A DNA stretch of 63,176 bases, filler included, from Octopus bimaculoides (Eukaryota), in NCBI RefSeq assembly GCF_001194135.2. It is 7 parts of 6 records of this genome, joined end to end, with 100 filler letters (N's around TTAATTAATTAA, not from the genome) between each part and the next. Parts side by side here need not be neighbours in the genome. Positions count along the whole stretch, not along the records: positions 1 to 25,292 come from NC_068982.1; positions 25,393 to 31,486 come from NC_068985.1; positions 31,587 to 42,202 come from NC_068993.1; 4 more parts are not named here. One strand, 5' to 3'. Of the stretch, positions 24,984 to 35,164 are shown piece after piece. Within the stretch, counting starts at the first letter, position 1. Every line of letters begins with the position of its first letter. Made by a program: the position numbers and the translations under genes. The notes under the pieces were generated by a model that ran no database searches, was not told the DNA's origin, and was given only the letters and a program-made list of their open reading frames with translations.

Positions 24984-25292
24984 TTCAGTAGTTTTATTTT
25001 TATAACGTGCTTTCACTTCACTACCGAGCGCAGCTCTGTGCACCTTGGGTATGTGCTGTGGTTTGCTGTGGTGCTCTTATGTTTACTGTATTGAAAGTGT
25101 TTTGCGTAGAATGTGTGCAGTACCCAGTAGTGCAATTTTCTGTATGTTATATATATTTGTAAGTCCTGGTGTTTTTGTTATGTATTTGTCTGAATATGTT
25201 TTTATTATACCTAAGGTACCTACTATGATAGGAATTCTTTCTGTTTTTAGATTCCACATTCGAGTTATCTCTATTTCCAGGTCTTTGTATTT
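24984..25292 (-). mobile_element. R4/Dong-type LINE 3' end, subfamily C, with (AAT)n tail; runs into a gap
   Basis: Minus translation KYKDLEIEITRMWNLKTERIPIIVGTLGIIK...KIALLGTAHILRKTLSIQ*. Near-identical to 55730-56012 including the 3' UTR. Confidence 0.93.
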
Positions 25293-25392
25293 NNNNNNNN
25301 NNNNNNNNNNNNNNNNNNNNNNNNNNNNNNNNNNNNTTAATTAATTAANNNNNNNNNNNNNNNNNNNNNNNNNNNNNNNNNNNNNNNNNNNN
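25293..25392. other. 100-bp scaffolding gap marker: 44 N + TTAATTAATTAA + 44 N (also at 31487, 42203, 51652, 56644 and 60915)
   Basis: Identical geometry six times. The 12-mer gives stop codons in all six frames, so this is an assembly artefact. Confidence 0.95.
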
Positions 25393-26130
25393 GAGGGTGG
25401 GGAGGAACGGAAGTATGGAGGGTGGTGGAATGAGGGAGGCGGTGGTGATGGTGGTGGTGGTGAAGGTGGTAGCTGTGTTGTTGTTGCTGTTGGTAGTGGT
25501 GATAGTGGGGGTAATAGTTTTGGTTACAACACGAGCAGTGGTGGTAGTGGTGGTGGCAGTGGTGGCTATTGTACAAGTATTAACAGTGGTGGTGGTAGTG
25601 GTAATGGTGGTGGTAGTGATAGTTGCAGTACTAGTATAACAGTGGTGGTGGTAGCGGTGGTAGTGGTGGTAGTGGTAGTGATGTGGTAGTGGTGGTAATG
25701 GTGAAGGTTACAGTGCTAGAATAACAGTAACGGTGGTGGTAGTGGTGGTAGTGGTTGTAGTGGTGGTAGCAGTAGTGGTTATAATGATAGTATAGCAGTG
25801 ATGATGGCGGTGGTTGTAGTGATGGTAGTAGTAGTAGTGGTGGTAGTGGTAATAGTGATGGTTACAGTGTTAGTATAACCGTGGCGGTGGTGGTGGTGGT
25901 GGTAGTGGTGGTGGTGGCAGTGGTGGTGGGGGCGTTGGTAATAGTAGTGATGGAGTAGAAGCAGTGGTAGAGGTAGAAGCAGTTGTGGTAGTGATGAGTG
26001 ATGGTGGTGGTGGTAGCGAATAGTAATAGTAAGAGCAATGGTGCTAGTATTACTAGTGGTGGTGGTGGTGGTGGTGGTGGTAGTAGTAGTAGTGGTGGTA
26101 GTAGTAGCAGCGGTGGTGGTGGTGGTGATA
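25393..26130. repeat. (GGT/AGT/GAT) low-complexity trinucleotide tract
   Basis: Visible units. Confidence 0.92.
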
Positions 26131-26229
26131 ATCGTTGTTGTAGGCCCCGAATCAGCATTTCCACTCAAAGGCTTTCCAACTATGACCACCCTGTATTATT
26201 TCTAGTGATAAGACATAGGGTAACTAGGA

Positions 26230-26340
26230 GCCCAACATTTAAAGTATTGCTTTTCTTATATAAGACAGGAAGTGCGTGATTTGAGGGAGATTTGATTGCT
26301 ATTTATAGCAGATCAAATGACCGTGTACAGGCTCATTCGT
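26230..26340 (+). repeat. Old unclassified interspersed repeat (family 4) core
   Basis: Core GTGATTTGAGGGAGATTTGATTGCTATTT. Diverged matches at about 9520-9600(-), 22590-22660(+), 23290-23360(-) and 23495-23570(-). Confidence 0.5.
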
Positions 26341-26540
26341 TGGCACGCGGACTTTGGTGGTGTCGACAGTGTTGTTGGGGTAGCAGTGCCAGTAGTAGTA
26401 GCAGCAGCAACAGCAACAGTAGTAGTAGTAGCAGTAGTAGTAGTAGTAGTATCAGTAGTAGTTGTAGTAGTAGTAGCAGCTGAGAAACAAGAATTACATT
26501 AGAATGATTTTCTTAGAATAATACCTAAGTAAATAATGAA

Positions 26541-26923
26541 TGTTGTTGGCACTCCGTCGCTTACGACGTCGAGGGTTCCAGTTGATCCGATCAACGGAAC
26601 AGCCTGCTCGTGAAATTAACGTGCAAGTGGCTGAGCACTCCACAGACACGTGTACCCTTAACGTAGTTCTCGGGGATATTCAGCGTGACACAGTGTGACA
26701 AGGCTGACTCTTTGAATTACAGGCACAACAGAAACAGGAAGTAAGAGTGAGAGAAAGTTGTGGTGGAAGAGTACAGCAGGGTTCGCCACCATCCCCTGCC
26801 GGAGCCTCGTGGAGCTTTAGGTATTTTCGCTCAATAAACACTCACAACGCCCGGTCTGGGAATCGAAACCGCGATCCTATGACTGCGAGTCCGCTGCCCT
26901 AACCACTGGGCCATTGCGCCTCC
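26541..26923 (-). mobile_element. tRNA-derived SINE family 3 (head type A), full length, (CAA)n tail
   Basis: Head GGAGGCGCAATGGCCCAGTGGTTAGGGCAGCGGACTCG...GGTTTCGATTCC with A and B boxes. Near-identical to 29621-29990 and 50805-51186. Confidence 0.93.
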
Positions 26924-27125
26924 CGTTTGAAACTATCAGATACGTAAATCGCATTAGAAATTAAATGTTTCAGTCACACTTTGAATGAAATGTCTGAGAA
27001 ACAAGAATTACATTAGAATGAACTGGGACTGATTTTCTTAGAATAATACCTTAGTAAATAAATAAACCAATAACCAAATAGAAAGCAATTGCTGAACTTG
27101 TTTTATTAATCATAGATTTATATAA

Positions 27126-27265
27126 TACAGTGATACCTCGCAGTACGAGTTCAATCCGTTCCGTGACCGAGCTCGTCTTATGATTTACTCGTTTTACAAA
27201 TCAATTTTCCCTGTTGAAATTAACTAAAATATAATTAATCCATTCCAGCCCCACAAAATCACCCA
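27126..27265. mobile_element. pogo/Tigger-like MITE terminus
   Basis: TA followed by CAGTGATACCTCGCAGTACGAGT resembles pogo/Tigger TIRs (CAGT...CCTCG). Partner end not found. Confidence 0.55.
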
Positions 27266-27381
27266 AAAATGATATCTTTTTTATGGGTTTTAAAGCAGAA
27301 AAGCTTTAGTCACAAGTAAAATGATAATTATAAAAAAAAAGAGAATGCAAAAGAAATATGTAAACTGGTTTTATTAACTGA

Positions 27382-27597
27382 ATTCTTTTCTACTCTAGGC
27401 ACAAGGCCCAAAAGTTTTGGGGTGGGGGCCAGTCGATTAGATCGACCCCATCACGCAACTGGTACTTAATTTATCAACCTCGAAATGATGAAAGGCAAAG
27501 TCGACCTCGGCAGAATTTGAACTCATCACGTAAAGACAGACGAAATGCTGCTGAGCATTTCGCACGGCGTACTAACGATTCTGCTAGCTCACCCCGC
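27382..27597 (-). mobile_element. SINE family 2, full length
   Basis: Matches 22760-22974 along its length. Confidence 0.9.
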
Positions 27598-27644
27598 AGG
27601 GGATCATTTGAGTACCACTGATCTGAGGTCTTGGTACAAAGTGA

Positions 27645-27858
27645 AGGCATAAAGCCTGGTGAACAGGGTGTTGCGCTGATGGTCGGAAGATCGTAATTTC
27701 AATTCCCGGACGGTATGGTGCGTTGTGTTATTGAGTAAAACACTTCATTTCACCGGGACTATAGTAGACCACACCTACCCAAGGTGCTGTGTGGTGGGAC
27801 TGAACCCAAGACTTCACGGTTGGTAAGCAAGTTTTTTAACTACACGGCCACGCCTGCG
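27645..27858. mobile_element. Two abutting SINE head fragments: type-B-like head (+, 27645-27755) and family 1 head (-, 27755-27858)
   Basis: TTCAATTCCCGGAC...GCGTTGTGTTATTGAGTAAAACACTTCATTTCAC, then the reverse complement of GGCGTGGCCGTGTAGTTAAAAAACTTGCTTACC...GGTTCAGTCCC. Confidence 0.6.
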
Positions 27859-27914
27859 TCAACAAAATATGTCAGACCCCAGAAATTACTGTCGCGAGAT
27901 CTAGAACTTACAGG

Positions 27915-28115
27915 ACCGGTCTCCCTGGCGTATAAGTCGCCGAGATCACAACATTTCCCTTGGACGAGACATCAAACCATCTCCAGTCCACAGCTGAGTG
28001 AACTGAAGCAACGTGAAGCGAAGTGTTTTGCCCAAGAACACAACGCAGCGCCCAGCCAGGAATCGAAACCACAATCTGGCGATCATGAATACAGCATCCA
28101 AACTACTAAGCCACT
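27915..28115 (-). mobile_element. tRNA-head SINE with type-B-like head and core
   Basis: Reverse complement GTGGCTTAGTAG...GGTTTCGATTCCTGG...GCGTTGTGTTCTTGGGCAAAACACTT...CACGTTGCTTCAGTTCACTCAGCTG. Confidence 0.7.
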
Positions 28116-28414
28116 TCTATAAATAACTACGGCCGCTAATCTCTCTTGCCCAACATGTATCAATTAATCACGATCTCTGCGTAGTTTTTAATCCGTCCAT
28201 TTATCTTTATGACCCAAAGGAATTTCTTTTTATTCATAATATATTTTTGATAGGCACAAATCAGCTGACATTATTTCGAATCATTTGATTAAATTCCAAC
28301 TCAGCTAAGTTCTTTTTTTTTTAAGGACATAATCAAAGGTGTAACAGCAACGGTCGTGAGGACCCTTCTTAGGGTCTCTGTAGCTAGTGGGAGAAAGTGA
28401 GAGATTTATCTTTA

Positions 28415-28730
28415 GGTACAAATCAATGACGTCCTTACAAACGTTACAAATCTATATGCAAGCCAATAAGCGCCATGCGTTTATGAATGACTATAATGTA
28501 ACAAATCTATGACAATGTACACCGTAAATCTATGAGCGGCTCGAAACGTCACAAATATATGAAAGACGATAGGTGCCACAAATCGTTGAAATATAATAAG
28601 TGTCGCACAGCTATGAAAGACGAAAAGCGTCACAAATCTTTGGAGGACAATGTGTCGTACATCAGAGCAAGACAATATGCGTCACAAGGTTATGAAAGAC
28701 AATACACGTCACAAATCTTTGAAAGCTAAG
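28415..28730. repeat. Degenerate ~27-bp minisatellite, about 12 units
   Basis: ACAAA-type anchor recurs at 28551, 28578, 28632, 28684 and 28711 (spacing of 26-27 bp or twice that). Consensus approximately YGTCACAAATCTATGAAAGACAATA. Confidence 0.8.
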
Positions 28731-28974
28731 TAACACAAAACAATAAACACCACAAATCTAAACAAGATTATTATTGCTAGCGTAAATACATCATGCAGCA
28801 ACAAGTGAAAAACTAAATAAAACAAAGCCACAAATGCGGTTTCAATCCTATTAGCAGTAACAACAGTTTGATTAAACTAGAGGGGAATGAACAGAACTTG
28901 TTCACCAAATGGTACAAGGAAATCCAAACACCCAGTATTCGTTAGTGATATAGTTTTTCTAATAATATTCCTTC

Positions 28975-29190
28975 CTAAGACCGCAAGTTGACAGATTCGT
29001 TAACACGAATGCTTAGTGGCATGTCGTCTGTCTTTAAAAGTTTTGAGTTCAAATCCCGTCGAGGTCGACTTTGCCTTTCATTCGTTCGGGGTCGATAAAA
29101 TAAATACCAGTTGAGTATTGAGCTGTAATCAACTCTCCACCCCCCACCGCCACCGAAATTGCTGGCCTTGTACCGAAATTTGAAACCAAT
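28975..29190 (+). mobile_element. SINE family 2, diverged
   Basis: GAGTTCAAATCCCGTCGAGGTCGACTTTGCCTTTCATTCGTTCGGGGTCGATAAAATAAATACCAG core. Confidence 0.85.
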
Positions 29191-29194
29191 ATTC

Positions 29195-29400
29195 CTTACT
29201 TTTCACAGCCATGTGTCATCCACAGGCACCCTAGATATCTCACACCAAATCTGCACCTCCGCAAGAACAGAGGTCTTCAAGATATCCCCAAATGAGATCA
29301 TACCAGTCATATCTCCTTCAACAACTCAAAGATACAATCATTGTACATATCAAGACATGATCTCAATCCATTTCCTGTATCATTCACGGTCTTTTATAGC
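29195..29400 (+). mobile_element. Possible CR1/Jockey-like LINE RT remnant
   Basis: Frame reading NRGLQDIPK*DHTSHISFNNSKIQSLYISR resembles the DL..I..W.....FN.SK motif after the RT catalytic site. Short and degenerate. Confidence 0.3.
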
Positions 29401-29620
29401 GAATATGGATCCTCAGCATAGCAAAAACTGCATCTAAAGGCCCATCTTTTCTCTTCGGCGCCGGAAAATAACCGATTAACTAATTCTCTATGAAGCTCAG
29501 GTGAGAACCAGAACAGAATATTGCTCATATATATAGATGGGTGCTGTTACTACAGACAGGAATCTTAAGACTTTGAATCCACAGAAAAGCAACTCAACTG
29601 ACTGCTGTAACAACTCTTAA

Positions 29621-29990
29621 TTGTTGTTGTTGCTGGCACTCTGTCGCTTACGACGTCGAGGGATCAACTTGATCCTATCAACGGAACAGCCTGCTCGTGG
29701 AATTAACGTGCAAATGGCTGAGTACTCCATAGACACGTGTACCCTTAACGTAGTTCTCGGAGATATTCAGCGCGACACAGTGTGACAAGGCTGACCCTTT
29801 TGAAAAACAGGAAGTAAGAGTGTGAGAAAGTTGTGGTGAAAGAGTACAGCGGGGTTCGCCACCATCCCCTGCCGGAGCCTCGTGGAGCTTTAGGTGTTTT
29901 CGCTCAATAAACACTCACAACACCTGGTCTGGGAATCGAAACTGCAATCCTATGACCGCGAGGCCGCTGCCCTAACTACTGGGCCATTGC
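29621..29990 (-). mobile_element. SINE family 3 (head A), 5' end lost in a gap
   Basis: Near-identical to 26541-26923 with small deletions. Confidence 0.93.
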
Positions 29991-31148
29991 NNNNNNNNNN
30001 NNNNNNNNNNNNNNNNNNNNNNNNNNNNNNNNNNNNNNNNNNNNNNNNNNNNNNNNNNNNNNNNNNNNNNNNNNNNNNNNNNNNNNNNNNNNNNNNNNNN
30101 NNNNNNNNNNNNNNNNNNNNNNNNNNNNNNNNNNNNNNNNNNNNNNNNNNNNNNNNNNNNNNNNNNNNNNNNNNNNNNNNNNNNNNNNNNNNNNNNNNNN
30201 NNNNNNNNNNNNNNNNNNNNNNNNNNNNNNNNNNNNNNNNNNNNNNNNNNNNNNNNNNNNNNNNNNNNNNNNNNNNNNNNNNNNNNNNNNNNNNNNNNNN
30301 NNNNNNNNNNNNNNNNNNNNNNNNNNNNNNNNNNNNNNNNNNNNNNNNNNNNNNNNNNNNNNNNNNNNNNNNNNNNNNNNNNNNNNNNNNNNNNNNNNNN
30401 NNNNNNNNNNNNNNNNNNNNNNNNNNNNNNNNNNNNNNNNNNNNNNNNNNNNNNNNNNNNNNNNNNNNNNNNNNNNNNNNNNNNNNNNNNNNNNNNNNNN
30501 NNNNNNNNNNNNNNNNNNNNNNNNNNNNNNNNNNNNNNNNNNNNNNNNNNNNNNNNNNNNNNNNNNNNNNNNNNNNNNNNNNNNNNNNNNNNNNNNNNNN
30601 NNNNNNNNNNNNNNNNNNNNNNNNNNNNNNNNNNNNNNNNNNNNNNNNNNNNNNNNNTATATATATATATATGATGTGTAAGGGACAATGCTTCGGTAAG
30701 AAAGTCGGCCATTTTCGAACGGATTCATTCCATTGACTCTGAAATTCATTTAAAGTCAATATATAATACATACATAAACTATTTTGCCATGGTGGGATTA
30801 GATTCCGTGTCTTTTCTACCAAACTTCCTGCATTAACTTCTGATGACGTTGCAGAATCTGGAAAATGAAATGTAATGTTTTAATGAATACATGCATACAA
30901 AAGAAGAAATACACACACACACACACATACATACATACATACATACATACATACATACATGCATACATACATACATACATACATGCATGCATGTATCGGA
31001 ACATACATCTATGCACACGTACCGTCATAGAGTCATGTGTATGTATATATGTATATATATCTTTCCCTAACTATATATCCATATATCTATATCTATATAT
31101 ATACACATAATATATACATATATATATATATACATATATATATATAAC

Positions 31149-31186
<38 letters not shown>

Positions 31187-31227
31187 CACATACAGATATA
31201 TACACACACACATGTGTATGGGTATAT

Positions 31228-31478
31228 GTGAAGGGGCGTAGCTTAGTGGTTAGGGCATTCGGCTCACGATCTTACGATCGTGAGTTCAATTACCGGCGAC
31301 ACGTTGTGTCCTTGGGCGAACACTTTATTTCACGTTGCTCCAGTCCACCCACTCAGGGTGGTGGCAAACCCTGGTGTACCCTTTCACTACGGCTTTCTCT
31401 CACTCTTTCTTCCTTTTTTTTGTTGTACCTGTATTTCAAAGGGCCAGTTTTGTCAAACTCTGTGTTACGCTGAATCTC
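31228..31478 (+). mobile_element. Chimeric SINE: head type B joined to the family 3 body, truncated at a gap
   Basis: Head GTGAAGGGGCGTAGCTTAGTGGTTAGGGCATTCGGCTCACGATC...GAGTTCAATT, then GGTGGCAAACCCTG...CTTTCTCTCACTCTTTCTTCC...TGTACCTGTATTTCAAAGGG as in family 3. Confidence 0.82.
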
Positions 31479-34400
31479 TCTCTGTANNNNNNNNNNNNNN
31501 NNNNNNNNNNNNNNNNNNNNNNNNNNNNNNTTAATTAATTAANNNNNNNNNNNNNNNNNNNNNNNNNNNNNNNNNNNNNNNNNNNNTATATATATATATA
31601 TATATATATATTCCATTGGGTATTTCACATCATATCATATCAAAAGAACTTGACAAATGTATAGTAATGGAAGTTGTGGCAGGAGTGTCGAAACTGAAAT
31701 TGGACGTTGTTAAAACTTATTTATTTGAAATATTTGACATCACAAATTTTATAACGAATGAAGATTTAAATGATTCCTACAAAAGTATTTTGAGTGTCTC
31801 TGATGCTTATACAAAATGAATACATGTAAATGAATTTAGTTGATATTTGGTTTATCAAGGTTTTGTCAGTGAATATCTGTTTACAAGTTTTAGAAATGCC
31901 ATAACGTTAAGACTTTCTAACATTTATTTTGGAATGCTAAACAAAAGCAACTTGTAAACTTTGAAAGATATTTGAAAAGATCGTATCCGAAATTGATATT
32001 TTAGCAACTTGCAATAGAATCGTAAATATAGCATTTATGTTTGGGTATGATATAATTTTTAGAATTATGCGACAGAGCGTCATTTTCCCAGATAGAAAAA
32101 AGCCATCAAACTATTCATTGAACATCCTGAAGTTTCTAAACACACAGCGGTAAATCAACTACATCCTTTAGCATCTTGATGTTGCCTCGCCTTCTTGCTA
32201 TACACGTTATTTGGAATTTTCTTTGTAATACCTTCTGTAACTTGTTTTCTTCTGCATTGCACTTGATATGTATAGAAATTCCAGCAAAGTGGTTTTCTTG
32301 CCTCTAGTATAACTAAAGTATTTAATAAATCTGTTATGAGAAAATGTTTTCCTTTTCATTTATGTCTTTATTAGCATTTTATTTCTTCAGTTATTTCGCT
32401 CCGACTATCAACCATAATACAGTTCTGATTATTCTTTTGGTACTCCGATTTTTATATTCGGTGCACAGAGGCCATCCATACACAGAGTAGATAGCCAACA
32501 CCTGAATCTCATTGTCTCAATGAACATATATCTAGAAGACATCCATAGAAAAAAATGTGATCATCTTAGGCGATACAATTAAGTATTCAGTGTATATATC
32601 TAAAGAAATATAACATAACTTCATTATGATTGACCCTCTCACGATCTCAGTACCTCTAACGACAGTATCATATAACAGGGATAAATCTGCTTCCTAAAGA
32701 TGTACAAAGAAACACTTCCACACTAGTCAGCTATTGACCTCACCTAAACTACTTTGACTCATTTATTGAAGGTACTTCTGAGAAGCACACTTTTATATAT
32801 TGTCCATTTGATATTAAAACGGCCTCCGCTTATTTGAACTTGCAGTGACCTATCTTTCCATGGAGAGGCCAATTCCTCTTGCATCGTCACTGTATCTCCT
32901 CTTCCACACATGAAATTTTTTTGTGAAGTTTTCAATGAAAACATCGACGTTTATATGTTTAAATGAGCATCAATTACCTAATTCTATCTACACTCAATGA
33001 AAAGATATTTTCATAGGTTCATGCAAACGTTTATGTTACACGATTAACTGAGGATTTCAAATATCCTCCCATCAGTTTAAAATAATAGTGTGTTATGGCC
33101 AACCTTATTTTCTCTCAATAAAATGCATCGCTCTTATTTTAATTAGTGCAGATTTAAACTTAGTGTAAGTATTCTGATACATGAATACGTAGAATAAATT
33201 GCTCCCTGCAGAATACATTACAGTTTCGTGAAAGTTCATGCACTTTTCAATTCATAAGATTTCAAAATAGGATATATGTCTAATATTAGCCAATTATTTT
33301 AGAATACATTTGCAAACATATGTATGACTTACAAGACTTTTGATAAGATTGAATAGATTCACGTGATATTCATAGTTTTCTGAAGACTAAGGATGAATGG
33401 AAAGAAAATGTAAATATAAGTTCCTTATTTTGATATTAATGTAGACTCAGATAGAAATGTTTTAAATTCAGAACATGTGTTCATATCCTACTCTAAATTC
33501 TCACAGTAAAGACGAAGATACCGGTATTAAATAAAATGTTTTTAGAAGAATACTTAGGAAAAAATAAGAAAGATTAATATTGTTAGTGTAGAATATGTTT
33601 TGTAGGTCATCGATAATGGGAAAACAGAAACCGAGTCGAAGATGCGATTTAATGCAATCTTTGGAATAGAGAAATATCACATGTGCGTCTACATGTATTT
33701 CTTGAAAATACCAGTTACTGATGAATATAAAACACTATTGTTACTCTAGTGTTTGTCACATCTGATGCTTTTACAATACAATTCGATTTGTCTGATATCA
33801 TTTCAGTGATTCATTTACCAAATTGTTTTCACATTATTGTTTTTGATACCGTATATAGAAGAATGAGATAATACGTAGCAATAAGACTATCATATTCAGC
33901 TTAATGCGAAGGTATTCGAACAATTACCAGGATGCATCTTATTATATACTACGCTCAACGTCATGCAGTTTTCTGTTTGTTTACACATCCCGCAACAGTT
34001 GCTGCCACAGCATTAGAAGGAAATGTATACTTAGTTCCGAAGATGTAGAAATTAGCGGGCATGGTAAATTGTATCAATTTCTTTTTCTAAACTGTGCTGA
34101 ATAAATATATCATTCATTCGTCAATGATAAACTAGGAAGTTAAAAATTGATTCCGCAATGAAGGTGTGTATGTGTGTGTGTGTATCTGTGTGTTTCTATG
34201 TGTGCTTCTGTGTTAGTGTATATATATATATATATATATATATCACGGACATGCTGCCTAGTTAGGAAAGGTAGGTATTGCCTGACTTGATCGATAGCAT
34301 CACATTGCTTTTGTGGCAAGATATGCACCTAATTCAATAAAATTTTGAAGATTAGCCTGATTACTATGCTTAAAATACATTTTTTTTTGTAGATTAGGTA

Positions 34401-34910
34401 GGCATAATTCGCCCCTGCCTTTCAATCTTAGTATTTAAGCTACTCATAGTAATGCTTTAGTACACGTTCTACGTACACCCCTACAACACCATTTGCTTTA
34501 CAGATTCTAAAGGCAGAGGTCAACCTGCCTTCAACTCAGTCACGCGTATGTATTTCGTTTTATTACATAAAGGTCCCACTNNNNNNNNNNNNNNNNNNNN
34601 NNNNNNNNNNNNNNNNNNNNNNNNNNNNNNNNNNNNNNNNNNNNNNNNNNNNNNNNNNNNNNNNNNNNNNNNNNNNNNNNNNNNNNNNNNNNNNNNNNNN
34701 NNNNNNNNNNNNNNNNNNNNNNNNNNNNNNNNNNNNNNNNNNNNNNNNNNNNNNNNNNNNNNNNNNNNNNNNNNNNNNNNNNNNNNNNNNNNNNNNNNNN
34801 NNNNNNNNNNNNNNNNNNNNNNNNNTATATATGTATGTACGTATGTATGTGTGTGCGTGTCTTTGTGAGTGTGTGAGTGTGTCTGTGTGTGTGCGCGCGT
34901 GTGTGTGCAA

Positions 34911-35124
34911 GCACTCCATCGGTTACGACGACGAGGGTTCCAGCTGATACGATCAACGGAACAGCTTACCCTTTGAAATACAGGTACTAAGCATTTTCCG
35001 TAGCTAAGTGGCCTGGAGCAACGTGAAATAAAATGTCTTGTTCAAGGATACAACGCGTCGCCAGGAATTGAACTCACGAACTTACGATCGTGAGCCGAAT
35101 GCCCTAACCACTAAGCAACGCGCC

Positions 35125-35129
<5 letters not shown>
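34911..35129 (-). mobile_element. SINE with head type B and the family 3 3' end, internally deleted
   Basis: Reverse complement head matches 31228-31310. The 3' end GCTGTTCCGTTGATCG...GGAACCCTCGTCGTCGTAACCGATGGAGTGC matches the family 3 tail. Confidence 0.85.

Positions 35130-35164
<35 letters not shown>

Noticed and set aside
25337-25348. TTAATTAATTAA recurring six times at irregular intervals
   Set aside because: Always centred in 44 N + 12 + 44 N. It is an artificial gap linker with stops in all frames, not biology.
26845-26923. tRNA-like sequences (also at 5306, 8869, 31228, 35050 and 50805)
   Set aside because: They are SINE heads with A/B boxes, lack a complete acceptor stem and continue into the repeat body.
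28415-28730. Possible CRISPR-like array
   Set aside because: Contiguous degenerate units with no unique spacers, in a eukaryotic context.
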